Of a stretch of DNA of 64,000 bases, positions 1 through 14,550 are shown one piece after another (the first letter of the stretch is position 1; each line of letters starts with the position of its first letter). The notes under the pieces are model-generated. The model saw only the letters and a list, made by a program, of their open reading frames with translations, was not told where the DNA came from and ran no database searches. The DNA lies in assembly GCA_026004595.1 (NCBI GenBank), contig BPJL01000002.1, forward strand, positions 65,431-129,430. The letters are read 5' to 3'. Position numbers and translations under genes: made by a program. The DNA comes from Patescibacteria group bacterium (GTDB lineage Bacteria; Patescibacteriota; WWE3; UBA101185; UBA10185).

Positions 1-1313
1 TAGGAACGAACATGAAGGTGGCCTACATGATTTATGAGGGTCTTGAGTTTGAAGATGGCGTGGTCATATCGGATAGACTTGTTAAGGAAGATATTCTTAC
101 CTCAATTCACATTTCAGATTATCAAACATCGGTGCAGGAAACCCAAGCTAGGACCAGAAGAAATTACAAGAGACATACCTAATGTTTCAGAGGAGTCATT
201 AAGAAATCTGGATGAAGATGGGATTGTAGCTATAGGGTCAAAGGTTAAATCGGGTGATATTTTAGTCGGCAAGGTCGCTCCAAAAGGTGAAATGGATCTA
301 ACTTCAGAGGAAAGATTGTTAAGAGCAATATTCGGCGAAAAAGCTAAGGACGTCAGAGACACCTCTCTCTACATGCCTCATGGTGAACATGGTATTGTGA
401 TAGGGATTAAAGAGAGTAACGAAGAAGGATAACGAATCTCTTCCTGCGGGAACTATAGAAAGGATAACTGTGTATGTTGCTCAGCAGAAGAAGATTGAGG
501 TAGGAGATAAATTAGCGGGACGCCACGGTAATAAAGGAGTTATATCGGCGATTGTACCCGCTGTCGATATGCCTATGCTCCCCGATGGTTCCACTATTGA
601 CATAATATTCTCATCCGAGGCTGTTTTGAAAAGAATGAATGTTGGTCAGATTTTAGAGGCATCTCTTGGTATGGCCGGAAAGGTTCTGGGTAAGACATAT
701 GAAGTTCCGTCATTACAGGAAATACCTGAAGACATAATTGTTGAAGAACTAAGAAAAGCAGGGCTTCCCGTTACGGGTAAGATGAATCTGATTGATGGAA
801 GAACTGGCGAATATTTTCACAGCGAAGTTGTTGTGGGCGATACTTACATACTTAAGCTGATTCATATGTCTGAGGAGAAGATGCATGCCCGATCAATTGG
901 TCCTTACTCGTTGATTACACAGCAGCCGCTTGGAGGAAAAGCTCAATTCGGGGGGCAGAGGTTTGGGGGAAATGGAAGTGTGGGCTTTGGAAGCTTATGG
1001 GGCCGCGCATATTCTAAAAGAAATGCTTACGATCAAGTCTGACGATATGCTTGGAGAACGCAAGCATACAGTGCTATGGTGCAGGGGAAGGAAAATTCCC
1101 GATTCATCAGTTCCCGAAACATTCAAATTGTTGGTAAGAAAATTGAATGGTCTTGGACTTGGGCTGGAGGCCTACTCATCAGAAGAGGGATCAGAAGGTG
1201 TTGAGGAAGAAGAGGAAGCCGAAGAAGAAATCGCAGATATCGCAGCTGGAGAAGTGCTGCCCGAAACAGGGGCAAAAGAGTTTTCCGAGGAGGAGGCGGA
1301 GCCGGAAGAATAA
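1..1313 (+). CDS. rpoB: DNA-directed RNA polymerase beta subunit, C-terminal part; gene starts upstream of the window. Reading frame broken by at least 4-5 single-base homopolymer indels.
   Basis: ORF pieces 3-158, 34-432, 470-1042 and 930-1313 together translate conserved beta-subunit motifs ([84 protein letters not shown]). A Glu-rich acidic tail precedes the stop at 1313. Confidence 0.9.
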
Positions 1314-1328
1314 CTCCGGGGTGGAAAT

Positions 1329-5007
<3,679 letters not shown>

Positions 5008-5008
5008 T

Positions 5009-5431
5009 ATGCCTACAATAAATCAACTGCTGAAAAGAGGCAGAAAACGAAAAACTAAAAAATCTTCTACGAGAGCTTTGAAAGAGGCTTTTAACTCTAT
5101 TAAAAAGCGTCCGGTGAAAAGACAGAGTCCCTTCAAAAGAGGTGTTGTTCTTTTGGTTAGAACACAGACTCCCAAGAAACCGAATTCAGCTTTAAGGAAG
5201 ACAGCGAGGGTTAGGCTTTCCAATAAAAAGGAGGTAACAGCATATATCCCAGGTGAGGGACATAATTTGCAGGAGCATTCTGTAGTTTTAGTTAAGGGCG
5301 GAAAGATACAGGACCTACCCGGAGTGAAATATACTATTGTGAGGGGAACCTTGGATCTTGCCGGGGTGCAGGCGAGAAAAACCTCAAGATCGATTTATGG
5401 GACCAAAAAACCTAAGGAGGCCAAGCAATGA
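5009..5431 (+). CDS. rpsL: 30S ribosomal protein S12
   Basis: Contains [11 protein letters not shown] and [16 protein letters not shown]...DLPGVKY. Has a roughly 10-aa basic insertion relative to E. coli S12. Confidence 0.95.
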   Translation: MPTINQLLKRGRKRKTKKSSTRALKEAFNSIKKRPVKRQSPFKRGVVLLVRTQTPKKPNSALRKTARVRLSNKKEVTAYIPGEGHNLQEHSVVLVKGGKIQDLPGVKYTIVRGTLDLAGVQARKTSRSIYGTKKPKEAKQ

Positions 5432-5895
5432 GGGGTAAAAGAGCTAAAAGAAGACAAGCAGTCGGAGACTTCGTCCTTAAATCCAAAGTTCTTAACAGGA
5501 TGATAAATGTGGTTATGCTGAATGGAAAGAAATCTGTAGCTGAAGCGGTAGTTTATGGCGCTATAGGCAGGTTAAATGAGGATAGAAAAGAGGGTCTTAG
5601 GATGTTTGAGCAGGCAATAAAGAATGTTATGCCTCAGCAAGAAGTAAGATCGAGAAGAGTTGGAGGTGCTACATATCAGGTTCCAATGCCTTTGAAGCAC
5701 GAGAGGGCCGAGGCGCTTGCAATAAGGTGGATTGTCAATTCGGCCAGGAGCAAGAAGGGAAAACCCATGGTGGAAAAGCTTTATGAAGAATTGAACAATG
5801 CGTACCAGGGGGTTGGTGATGCAATAAAGAAGCGTGATGACACTCATAAAATGGCTGAAGCCAATAGAGCATTTGCGCACTTTGCAAGAAGCTGA
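5428..5895 (+). CDS. rpsG: 30S ribosomal protein S7
   Basis: S7-like 155-aa product; start overlaps the rpsL stop (ATGA). Confidence 0.9.
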   Translation: MRGKRAKRRQAVGDFVLKSKVLNRMINVVMLNGKKSVAEAVVYGAIGRLNEDRKEGLRMFEQAIKNVMPQQEVRSRRVGGATYQVPMPLKHERAEALAIRWIVNSARSKKGKPMVEKLYEELNNAYQGVGDAIKKRDDTHKMAEANRAFAHFARS

Positions 5896-5934
5896 AAAAA
5901 TTTCTATGGTAAGTTTTTATATTGAGGAATAATT

Positions 5935-8026
5935 ATGGTAGAAACGACAAAAAAAGACTATCCATTGGAAAAGATTAGAAATATCGGCATAATCGCTCAC
6001 ATTGATGCCGGGGAAAACAACCACAACTGAGCGTGTGCTTTTCTACACTGGAAAATCTCATAAAATAGGGGAGGTTCACGAAGGTGCTGCTCAAATGGAT
6101 TGGATGGCACAAGAGCGTGAAAGAGGAATCACAATAACCTCCGCTGCAACAACATGTTTCTGGCGAGATCACAGAATCAATATTATTGATACACCCGGGC
6201 ACGTGGATTTTACCGCAGAAGTTGAAAGATCGCTAAGGGTGCTGGACGGTGGTGTAATCATTCTTGATGGTTCACAAGGAGTTGAACCCCAATCCGAAAC
6301 CGTATTTAGGCAAGCACAAAAGTATAACGTTCCTCTTATATTTTTTGTAAATAAGCTCGATAAAATAGGCGGAGATTTTTATATGTCTTTAAACTCTGTC
6401 CATGAAAAGTTGGCGAAACACGCCGTTGCTGTCCAACTGCCCGTTGGTTTGGAAAACGAGTTTTCCAGCGTAGTAGACCTTATTGAAAGAAAAGCGTATA
6501 GATTTGAAGGCAATCTAGGGTCGACGGTTGTTGAAGCTGAGATACCTGAAGATATGAAAGAAAAGGTTGAGGAGTACAGGAGTGTGTTGGTTGAAAAAAT
6601 TGCCGAATCCGACGATTTTCTCATAGAAAAATATCTCAATGGCGAAGAGATCACAGCGGATGAGCTTAAAATGGGGATGAGAAAGCTTGTAATTCAGGCT
6701 AAGATATACCCTGTTTTTTGCGGAGCATCTCTGTCAAATATTGGAATCCAAAAGTTACTAGATGGTGTGGTTGAGTATCTGCCATCTCCTAAGGACAAGC
6801 CCGAAACACAAGGATACAACCATACTACAGGTGAAAAGATGAGTCTCCCCCACGACGAAAACGGTCCTTTTGCCGCCCTTGCGTTCAAGGTTCAGACTGA
6901 TCCTTACGTGGGAAGGCTAACATACATAAGGGTTTATTCGGGAAAAGTTTCAGCAGGTTCGTACGTTTATAATTCCACAAAAGAAAAAAAGGAAAGAATC
7001 GGACGCATACTTTTGATGCATGCCAATCACAGGGAAGAGATAAGAGAAATCAAAGCTGGTGAGATAGGTGCTGTTGTGGGAGTTGAAGCCACAACGGGGG
7101 ACACTTTATGCAGTGAGGATTTTCCGATAGTTCTTGAATCTATAAGCTTTTCCGAACCCGTTATCGGGCTGGTTCTTGAGCCTAAATCCAAGGCTGACCG
7201 AGATAAAATGTCAGTTGCCATTAAAAAATTTTTAGAAGAAGACCCCACTTTGAAAATTAAAACAGATGAGGAAACAGGCCAGGGGGTTTTGTATGGTATG
7301 GGGGAGTTGCATTTAGAAATTATAGTTGACCGTATGAAAAGAGAATTTAATGTGGAAGTAAATACGGGTAAACCTCAAGTTGCCTACAGAGAAACGATAA
7401 GAAAGGCTGTTGATGTAGAGGGCAAGTATATAAGACAGTCGGGTGGCCGCGGTCAGTACGGGCACGTTGTTGTCAAAGTTGAACCTTTGGAAAGAGGAAA
7501 AGGTGTGGAGTTTGTTGACAAAATCGTTGGCGGCACCATACCCAAGGAGTATATTCCGGCTGTTGAAAAAGGAGTAATGGAAGCGGTTGAATGTGGTGTT
7601 TTGGCAGGTTATCCCTTGGTTGATTTACGGGTTACCTTGTATGACGGATCTTTCCATGAAGTAGACTCTTCGGAGATGGCATTTAAGATGGCTGCCATTG
7701 AGGCTATGAGAGATGCTCAGAGGAATGCAGATTCTTATCTGATAGAGCCAATTATGAAAATAGAAGTGGTTACGCCCGACGAGTTTATGGGCGATGTTAT
7801 TGGTAATCTATCTTCTAAGAGAGGTAAGATTGAAGGCACTGAACAACGAGGGAACGCTCGTGTTATAACTTGTACCGCACCTTTGGCTGAGATGTTCGGT
7901 TATGCTACCGAACTTCGAGGTTTAACCCAGGGAAGAGCTTCTTTTACCATGGAGCCAAGCCACTACGAAGAGGTCCCAGCTGGAATAGCAGCCGAAATCA
8001 TAAAGCTTAGCGGTAAGCTGCCATAG
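5935..8026 (+). CDS. fusA: Elongation factor G, with one 1-bp insertion in a GGGG run near 6009-6012
   Basis: The ATG at 5935 follows a GAGGAA ribosome-binding site and reads [26 protein letters not shown], then shifts frame. ORF 6002-8026 continues with KTTTTERVL... and the rest of the EF-G domains. Deleting one G restores [13 protein letters not shown]. Confidence 0.93.
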
Positions 8027-8135
8027 CCTGAAAATGCTTGATTTTTAAGTTTTAATCTGATTAACTAGCAGTTGTCTAATTAGTATAAGCAACTTAAAGT
8101 ATATATTTATAAAAATTTGAAAGGTTTAACAAAAC

Positions 8136-9314
8136 ATGGCCGAATTTATTAGAAACAAGGAACATGTAAATATAGGTACCATTGGTCACGTCGACCATGG
8201 AAAAACCACGTTAACAGCAGCTATTACCAAGGTGCTTGCCAACAAGGGCCAAGCACAATATGTTAGCTACGAGAATATTGACAAGGCTCCGGAAGAAAGA
8301 GCCAGGGGTATTACAATTAACATCACTCATGTTGAGTATGAAACTGAAAAGAGACACTACGCCCACATTGACGCTCCGGGGCATGCCGACTATATAAAGA
8401 ACATGATTACCGGTGCCGCTCAAATGGACGGTGCAATTTTAGTGGTTTCAGCTCCCGACGGGCCCATGCCCCAGACAAGAGAACACATTTTGCTTGCCAA
8501 GCAAGTAAATGTTCCCGCGATGGTTGTCTACATGAATAAGACGGATATGGTTCAGGATAAAGAGATACTGGACCTTGTCGAGCTTGAGGTTAGAGAACTT
8601 TTGACTAAGTATGGTTTCCCGGGAGATACAACCCCCGTTATAAAAGGTTCTGCAATGAAAGCTTTAGAAGGAGACCCTGAAGCTATAAAAAGCATAGAAG
8701 ACTTGATGAAGGCGGTTGATGAGTTTATACCTACTCCTGTAAGGGAACTCGATAAACCTTTCCTCATGCCGATTGAGGATGTATTTACAATCTCTGGAAG
8801 AGGAACTGTCGTTACGGGGAGAATTGAAAGAGGAAAGATCAAGCTGAACGAAGAAGTTGAAATAGTAGGAATTAGAGAAACCAAGAAATCGGTTGTAACG
8901 GGTATAGAGATGTTTAAGAAACAAATGCAAGAAGGTCAGGCAGGAGACAACGTAGGCATACTGCTAAGGGGTATCGAAAGAGATGATGTTGAAAGAGGGC
9001 AAGTCTTAGCCAAGCCGGGGAGCACTAAACCCCATACTGATTTTGATTGCGAAGTATATGTTTTATCCAAGGAAGAGGGTGGAAGACAGAAGCCCTTTTT
9101 CAGCGGGTATCGTCCACAGTTCTACATTAGAACAACTGATGTTACGGGTGAAATAATCCTTCCCGAGGGGGTTGAGATGGTAATGCCTGGAGATAAGGTG
9201 AATATGAAAGTAAAGCTGATTACTCCGGTCGCGCTTGAAGAAGGAATGAGGTTTGCTATAAGAGAGGGTGGGCACACTGTAGGTGCTGGTGTTATCTCAA
9301 AGATTCACGAATAG
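8136..9314 (+). CDS. tuf: Elongation factor Tu
   Basis: [18 protein letters not shown] and NKTD GTPase motifs; 392 aa. Confidence 0.97.
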   Translation: MAEFIRNKEHVNIGTIGHVDHGKTTLTAAITKVLANKGQAQYVSYENIDKAPEERARGITINITHVEYETEKRHYAHIDAPGHADYIKNMITGAAQMDGAILVVSAPDGPMPQTREHILLAKQVNVPAMVVYMNKTDMVQDKEILDLVELEVRELLTKYGFPGDTTPVIKGSAMKALEGDPEAIKSIEDLMKAVDEFIPTPVRELDKPFLMPIEDVFTISGRGTVVTGRIERGKIKLNEEVEIVGIRETKKSVVTGIEMFKKQMQEGQAGDNVGILLRGIERDDVERGQVLAKPGSTKPHTDFDCEVYVLSKEEGGRQKPFFSGYRPQFYIRTTDVTGEIILPEGVEMVMPGDKVNMKVKLITPVALEEGMRFAIREGGHTVGAGVISKIHE

Positions 9315-9328
9315 AGTATGATGTTTGG

Positions 9329-9357
9329 GCCGTCCCCTTCGGGGGGCGGCTCATTTT
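9329..9357 (+). terminator. Rho-independent terminator after tuf: 9-bp GC-rich stem, TTCG tetraloop, T-tract
   Basis: GCCGTCCCC-TTCG-GGGGGCGGC is followed by TCATTTT. It lies inside the annotated N-terminal extension of ORF 9325, which argues that rpsJ starts at 9367. Confidence 0.7.
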
Positions 9358-9366
9358 GCGGCAGAT

Positions 9367-9687
9367 ATGACTAAAGCTCAAAAAGAAAGCAAAATAAGAA
9401 TAAAACTTAACTCTTACGATAGCAGGATTGTTGATTTGAGTTGTGCGAAAATTGTGGATACGGCTATAAGAACAGGAGCAAAGGTCATCGGTCCGGTGCC
9501 TCTTCCGACTAGAATAGAAAGGTTTACAGTTATAAGAGGTCCGCATATTGACAAGAGATCTAGAGAGCAGTTTGAACTTAGGACCCATAAAAGGGTTGTG
9601 GACGTTTTGAATCCCACCCCGCAAACAGTTGAAAGCCTGTCTAAGCTAAGTTTGCCGGCGGGTGTAGGTATTACGATGAAGATGTAA
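9367..9687 (+). CDS. rpsJ: 30S ribosomal protein S10
   Basis: Starts [18 protein letters not shown] and contains [15 protein letters not shown]; internal ATG chosen at 9367. Confidence 0.92.
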   Translation: MTKAQKESKIRIKLNSYDSRIVDLSCAKIVDTAIRTGAKVIGPVPLPTRIERFTVIRGPHIDKRSREQFELRTHKRVVDVLNPTPQTVESLSKLSLPAGVGITMKM

Positions 9688-9808
9688 GTTAGGTCGGCTA
9701 GGGGCAAAAGTGTGGATTTTTGCCATAATTTAAGGTAATATAAGCCACTTGATGTTGCAAAACGCCATAAAACTAAGGTAATTTTAAAAAACAAGGGTAG
9801 TAACTGTG

Positions 9809-9833
9809 GGCGCCCCTTGGGCGCTAATTTTTT
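9809..9833 (+). promoter_or_regulatory. GC hairpin plus U-run lying directly against the rplC start codon, inside an unusual 150-nt rpsJ-rplC spacer; candidate attenuator or autoregulatory leader
   Basis: GCGCCC-CTT-GGGCGC is followed by TAATTTTTT, and the ATG of rplC is 4 nt later with no Shine-Dalgarno sequence between them. A further hairpin GGCAAAA...TTTTGCC sits at about 9703-9724. Confidence 0.5.
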
Positions 9834-9836
9834 GCC

Positions 9837-10265
9837 ATGAAAGAAAGCATAAAAGGAATAAAACTAAACATGAGCCAGATATTTCTCGACACGGGAAAGG
9901 TTATACCTGTAACTATTATTGGAAGTATTGATACTCAGCTGAGTGGAGATCTTGAAAATAGGAAGGTTGTTATAGTCGGCGTCTCAAAAGGAAAGGGCTT
10001 TGCAGGAGGAATGAAAAAATGGCATTTTAGCGGAGCTGAGGCTACTAGAGGACAGAGTACTAAGCCCAGAGCTCCAGGTTCAATAGGAAGTCAAACGCCG
10101 GGTAGGGTTAGAAAAGGCAAGAAAATGGCAGGAAGGCTGGGCGGCGGCAGGGTTACCGTAAAAGGGTTAAGAATAGTGAAGGTTTTGCCCGACCAAAAGC
10201 AGATAATGGTTTCCGGTCCGGTTCCAGGAGCCAGAAATTCAAAGGTAGTAGTGAAGTTGGATTAA
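9837..10265 (+). CDS. rplC: 50S ribosomal protein L3, short form (142 aa, lacking a central segment of about 60 aa)
   Basis: N-terminus MSQIFLDTGKVIPVT, then SKGKGFAGGMKKWHF, PGSIGSQTPGRVRKGKKMAGRLG and PGARNSKVVVK are all conserved. Confidence 0.88.
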   Translation: MKESIKGIKLNMSQIFLDTGKVIPVTIIGSIDTQLSGDLENRKVVIVGVSKGKGFAGGMKKWHFSGAEATRGQSTKPRAPGSIGSQTPGRVRKGKKMAGRLGGGRVTVKGLRIVKVLPDQKQIMVSGPVPGARNSKVVVKLD

Positions 10266-10267
10266 AT

Positions 10268-10891
10268 ATGAAAAAACAGGTTTTGGATCAAAAAGGAAAT
10301 AAAGTTGAAGAAATATCCCTAAACGATGGGGTGTTTTGTTCTAATCCCAACCGAGAGGTGCTTACCCAGTACATTAGGGTTTTTGATTTTAACCAAAGGT
10401 CCGGTACGGCTAAGACTAAAACTCGCGCTGAAGTTGCGGGAGGAGGAGCTAAACCTTGGAGGCAAAAAGGAACAGGCAGGGCGAGGGCAGGATCGATTAG
10501 AAGTCCTTTGTGGGTGCACGGCGGTGTGGCCCACGGTCCTCTACCAAAGGATTGGTCGCTCAAAATGCCAAAGAAGATGAGAAGACTGGCTATGATTTCG
10601 GCTCTTTCTTTGAAAGAGGCCGCAGGGGAAATAGTGGTTGTTGACAGCTTGAAGCTTGAGAAGATGTCTACTTCCGAATTGTCTACGGTTCTAAATAAAT
10701 TGGTTGACGCAAGGCCCTTGCTATATGTTTGGAGCAAAGCAGACCAAAGCGTTATTAGAAGCATTGCCAATATTAAAGATGTGAAGCCGGTTTTTTCAGG
10801 TTCTCTTAATGCAAAAGACTTGATTTCTCACAAGGCAATTTTATTTGAAAAAGATGCGATATTGGATGTCAATGAAAGGTTTAAGAAATGA
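10268..10891 (+). CDS. rplD: 50S ribosomal protein L4
   Basis: L4-like; contains GGGAKPWRQKGTGRARAGS. Confidence 0.92.
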   Translation: MKKQVLDQKGNKVEEISLNDGVFCSNPNREVLTQYIRVFDFNQRSGTAKTKTRAEVAGGGAKPWRQKGTGRARAGSIRSPLWVHGGVAHGPLPKDWSLKMPKKMRRLAMISALSLKEAAGEIVVVDSLKLEKMSTSELSTVLNKLVDARPLLYVWSKADQSVIRSIANIKDVKPVFSGSLNAKDLISHKAILFEKDAILDVNERFKK

Positions 10892-11178
10892 GACTTACAA
10901 ATACTATATACAAGCCAATAGTTACGGAAAAGACTTACGCTCAGGCAGCTCGGGGTTTTTATTCCTTTAAAGTGCCTATGGATGTTACAAAAGAAAGTGT
11001 GGCAAAAGAGGTTGAGAAGATGTATGGTGTCAAGGTTGTTTCTGTGAAGTCCTCTGTGATGCCGGGAAAAAATAGAAGGATACCGGGAACCAGAAGATAC
11101 TCCGGCAGAAGTAAGTGGAAAAAGATTATAGTGAAATTAAAAGACGGGCAGACAATTGATATAATGCCCAAGGAATAG
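10888..11178 (+). CDS. rplW: 50S ribosomal protein L23
   Basis: L23-like 96-aa product, overlaps rplD. Confidence 0.88.
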   Translation: MRLTNTIYKPIVTEKTYAQAARGFYSFKVPMDVTKESVAKEVEKMYGVKVVSVKSSVMPGKNRRIPGTRRYSGRSKWKKIIVKLKDGQTIDIMPKE

Positions 11179-11184
11179 TCGCAA

Positions 11185-12018
11185 ATGATAAAAACGTACA
11201 AACCCACAAGTGAAGGTTTGAGAACAAGAAAAACCCTTGTACGAAGGGTTAGCAAGAGTAGACCTGTTAAGTCGCTGACCAAACCTTTAAAGGGTCCGGC
11301 AGGAAGAAGTCACGGAAGGATTTCAAGCAGACACAGACAGAGGGGGTCAAAAAAGCGGATAAGGATAATAGATTTTAAGAGGAACAAATTCAACATTTCG
11401 GGTAAAGTTGCAGCGATAGAATACGATCCTAATCGCGGAGCAAACATAGCGTTAGTAAATTATGCTGATGGGGAAAAGAGATACATCCTCGCCCCCGAAG
11501 GTTTGGAAGTAGGAATGCAGGTTGTATCAGGTCCGGAAGCTGAAATAAGTCCGGGCAACTCACTGCCGCTGGAGAACATCCCTTTAGGCACTTTTGTGCA
11601 TAATGTGGAGGTAAATATAGGCGCGGGTGGAATATTAGCTAGAGGAGCAGGAAACGCCGCTCAGGTTTTAGCTAAAGAAGGGGCCTATGTAAATGTTAAG
11701 CTCCCGAGCGGAGAAGTGAAAAAAGTTTTGGGAAAGTGCTATGCCTCAATAGGGAGTCTCTCCAATCCTGATCTAAGAAATGTTCAGCTGGGTAAAGCGG
11801 GTAGAAAAAGATATTTGGGCTATAGACCGCATGTTCGTGGTGTAGCTATGGCAAATCCGAAAAAGGACCATCCTCATGCGGGTAAGTACAGTACAACCGG
11901 TATTGGTAGGCCTGCACCTCTTTCTCCTTGGGGATGGAAGACAAGGGGAGTTAAAAGCAGGAAGCGCGTTCATACTGATTATTCTATAGTTAAGAAAAGG
12001 GAGAAAAAGAGGAGATAA
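11185..12018 (+). CDS. rplB: 50S ribosomal protein L2
   Basis: Contains GRNNRGRITSRHRQ-like motif, ANPKKDHPHAGKYS and GGGEG-type motifs. Confidence 0.95.
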   Translation: MIKTYKPTSEGLRTRKTLVRRVSKSRPVKSLTKPLKGPAGRSHGRISSRHRQRGSKKRIRIIDFKRNKFNISGKVAAIEYDPNRGANIALVNYADGEKRYILAPEGLEVGMQVVSGPEAEISPGNSLPLENIPLGTFVHNVEVNIGAGGILARGAGNAAQVLAKEGAYVNVKLPSGEVKKVLGKCYASIGSLSNPDLRNVQLGKAGRKRYLGYRPHVRGVAMANPKKDHPHAGKYSTTGIGRPAPLSPWGWKTRGVKSRKRVHTDYSIVKKREKKRR

Positions 12019-12043
12019 GGTTCCTCGTTAGAAGGAGTCAATT

Positions 12044-12316
12044 ATGTCAAGGTCGTTAAAAAAAGGAATATACACAGACGAAAAATTAATGAAGAAAGTT
12101 AAGCTTGCGCTTTCGTCAGGATCAAGAGCGCCCATAAAAACGTGGGCTAGAAGATCTACCATAGTGCCGGAAATGGTTGGATTGACTTTTGAAGTACACA
12201 ATGGGAAGAAACATATCCCGGTTTTTGTTACCGAGGCAATGGTAGGGCACAAGCTTGGGGAATTCGCGCCTACAAGAACGTTTAGGGCTCATTCATCCAA
12301 GAAGGCGGAGGCATAA
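12044..12316 (+). CDS. rpsS: 30S ribosomal protein S19
   Basis: Starts MSRSLKKG and contains [29 protein letters not shown]. Confidence 0.95.
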   Translation: MSRSLKKGIYTDEKLMKKVKLALSSGSRAPIKTWARRSTIVPEMVGLTFEVHNGKKHIPVFVTEAMVGHKLGEFAPTRTFRAHSSKKAEA

Positions 12317-12319
12317 TGT

Positions 12320-12670
12320 ATGAACAAATCTGAAGTATACGCAAAATATATGAAAGCAAGAATATCGCCTAAGAAAGTAGCTCCGGTTATGGATCTTGTT
12401 AGAGGGAAGTCTCTTGAAGAGGCTAAATTGGTTCTTTCTTTTGATAGAACAAAGGCCGCGGCATTGGTTTTGAAAGCGCTGAAATCTGCTGAAGCCAATG
12501 CTGTGAATAACAACAAACTTGATGCCAAAAACTTATATCTATCTGAGCTTTGGGTCAGTGGGGGACCGGTTTACAAAAGCGGACAGTTTGTGGCAAAGGG
12601 AAGGTTCAGCCCCATTTTGAAAAGAACGAGCCATATTTATGTCGGTTTGAGCCAGAAAGGGAGGAAATAG
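12320..12670 (+). CDS. rplV: 50S ribosomal protein L22
   Basis: L22-like 116-aa product. Confidence 0.88.
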   Translation: MNKSEVYAKYMKARISPKKVAPVMDLVRGKSLEEAKLVLSFDRTKAAALVLKALKSAEANAVNNNKLDAKNLYLSELWVSGGPVYKSGQFVAKGRFSPILKRTSHIYVGLSQKGRK

Positions 12671-12672
12671 TT

Positions 12673-13305
12673 ATGGGTCAGAAGATTAATCCGATAGGAT
12701 ACAGATTGGGAATATCAAAAGACTGGCAATCCAGATGGTTTGCTCCTAAAGCCACTTATGCCGACATAGCCCACGAGGATATAAAAATAAGAAGATTTTT
12801 GAAAAGCAGGCTTGAGATGGCAGGCGTAAAGGAAATTGACATTGAGAGAACCGAAAACGATATCAGCATTACAATAAAGGTTTCAAAGCCGGGTGTTGTG
12901 ATAGGAAGAGGAGGCACGGGTGTTGAAGAAATTGAGAAAGAGATAAAGAAAATGACTAAAGCTAAGGTGAAGATAACAGCCGAAGAAGTTAAATCTCCCG
13001 AGATCGAGGCCCAGCTTGTAGCTGATTACATAGCCAGGCAAATTAAAAGAAGAGTTCCCTATAGAAGAGTTGTAAAGTTTGCTTTAAGTTCGGCTATGGA
13101 CAAGGGAGCGAAGGGTATAAAGATAAGGCTCTCGGGTGTTTTGAGCGGAAGCAATACTATTGCAAGATCTGAACAATACACTTTGGGTTCCATACCCCTT
13201 CAAACTTTAAGAGCCGATATAGATTACGCCCAAATTGATTGCCACCTTCTTTATGGAACCATAGGTATCAAAGTTTGGATTTACAAAGGTGAAAAGGAAA
13301 TTTAA
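12673..13305 (+). CDS. rpsC: 30S ribosomal protein S3
   Basis: Starts [18 protein letters not shown] and has a KH domain; internal ATG at 12673 chosen over the upstream ORF start. Confidence 0.93.
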   Translation: MGQKINPIGYRLGISKDWQSRWFAPKATYADIAHEDIKIRRFLKSRLEMAGVKEIDIERTENDISITIKVSKPGVVIGRGGTGVEEIEKEIKKMTKAKVKITAEEVKSPEIEAQLVADYIARQIKRRVPYRRVVKFALSSAMDKGAKGIKIRLSGVLSGSNTIARSEQYTLGSIPLQTLRADIDYAQIDCHLLYGTIGIKVWIYKGEKEI

Positions 13306-13307
13306 CT

Positions 13308-13715
13308 ATGTTGATGCCTAAGAAAGTAAAATTTAGAAAGCAGCAGCGTGGTACCAATAAAGGATTGGCTGTTAGGGGATCCACAATGGTTTATGGGGAT
13401 TTTGCGCTTAAAGCGATGGATCGAGGTTTGCTGACATCGAGGCAGATCGAAGCTGCCAGAAAAGCAGTAATGCACGAAACTAAAAGAGGCGGAAAGCTTT
13501 GGATTAGAGTGTTCCCCGACAAACCGGTTGTTGCCAAGCCCGCGGAAACCAGAATGGGAAGCGGAAAAGCCGCGACCGATCACTATGCTGCCGTTGTAAA
13601 ACCGGGAAAAGTAGTTTTTGAGATAGGCGGGGTGTCAAAAGACATTGCCAAACGAGCTTTCAGAAAAGCCTCGGCAAAATTTCCGATAAAAATGAGGTTT
13701 GTATCTAAGGAATAA
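13308..13715 (+). CDS. rplP: 50S ribosomal protein L16
   Basis: Starts [15 protein letters not shown]; L16-like. Confidence 0.93.
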   Translation: MLMPKKVKFRKQQRGTNKGLAVRGSTMVYGDFALKAMDRGLLTSRQIEAARKAVMHETKRGGKLWIRVFPDKPVVAKPAETRMGSGKAATDHYAAVVKPGKVVFEIGGVSKDIAKRAFRKASAKFPIKMRFVSKE

Positions 13716-13716
13716 T

Positions 13717-13926
13717 ATGGATATTAAAGAATTAAGAAAAAAGAATATGCAGGAGCTTGAGGATTCAAAAAGAGATCTTGAAAAGGAGATAAGAGAAGTG
13801 TCTATGAATACTTTGCAGGGAAAGGAAAAAAATGTTAGAAAAGCAAGGTTGCTTAGAAAGGATCTTTCCAGGCTGCTAACTGTTATCAGCGAAAAGAAGA
13901 TACTTGAGGAGGCGGCCGGGAGGTAA
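13717..13926 (+). CDS. rpmC: 50S ribosomal protein L29
   Basis: Starts MDIKELRKKNMQELEDSKRDLEKEI; internal start chosen. Confidence 0.85.
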   Translation: MDIKELRKKNMQELEDSKRDLEKEIREVSMNTLQGKEKNVRKARLLRKDLSRLLTVISEKKILEEAAGR

Positions 13927-13931
13927 AAAAC

Positions 13932-14180
13932 ATGAGCGCAAGAAGAATAAAAGGAAAAGTCGTGTCTGATAAAATGCAAAAGACAGTTGTTGTCAAAGTT
14001 GACATTTTAAAGAGGCACACAATATATGGCAAGCCTATGAAAATGAATAAAAGGCTCAAGGCCAGAGATGATTTGGGTGCCAAGGTAGGCTCCGAAGTTA
14101 TAGTTGAGGAGTGCGCTCCTTTTAGCAAGGAAGTAACATGGAAAGTTGTTGAAATAGTTAAGGGTCCGGAGGAAAAGTAA
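13932..14180 (+). CDS. rpsQ: 30S ribosomal protein S17
   Basis: S17-like 82-aa product. Confidence 0.9.
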   Translation: MSARRIKGKVVSDKMQKTVVVKVDILKRHTIYGKPMKMNKRLKARDDLGAKVGSEVIVEECAPFSKEVTWKVVEIVKGPEEK

Positions 14181-14546
14181 ATGTTGCAGATAGGAGCTAA
14201 GCTTAATCCAGCGGATAATTCCGGTGCCAAGAAGTTGCAAATAATTGGTATACCGGGGTCAAAAAAAACTGTAGCTAGAATTGGCGATCTAGTCACAGTA
14301 GCCGTAAAAGGAGCAGATCCCTCGGGTGCGGTTAAAGATCATTCTGTAGTCAAAGCAATAATTGTTAGGACCAAAAAAGAGGTGAGAAGAAAAGATGGCA
14401 GCTACATAAGATTTGATGATAATGCTGCTGTCGTTGTTGATAAGGACAAAAACATGGTGGGAACGCGCATATTCGGTCCGGTTGCTAGAGAGATTAGAGA
14501 CAAGGGATATTTAAAAATTGTGTCTTTGGCGAAAGAGGTTTGGTAG
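14181..14546 (+). CDS. rplN: 50S ribosomal protein L14
   Basis: Starts [18 protein letters not shown]. Confidence 0.95.
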   Translation: MLQIGAKLNPADNSGAKKLQIIGIPGSKKTVARIGDLVTVAVKGADPSGAVKDHSVVKAIIVRTKKEVRRKDGSYIRFDDNAAVVVDKDKNMVGTRIFGPVAREIRDKGYLKIVSLAKEVW

Positions 14547-14550
14547 GTAT

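Noticed and set aside
9837-10265. rplC as a truncated pseudogene because it is only 142 aa
   Set aside because: The N-terminal, GFAG, PGSIG...GRV and C-terminal PGA...VVVK blocks are intact and in frame. It is a lineage-specific short L3, not a decayed gene.
10288-10770. Long antisense ORFs (160 aa here; also 8552-8884, 9414-9794, 3380-3766, 13886-14296 and similar) overlapping ribosomal protein genes
   Set aside because: They lie fully inside well-conserved sense-strand genes and have no motifs, no ribosome-binding sites and low-complexity composition. They are typical spurious reverse-strand ORFs.
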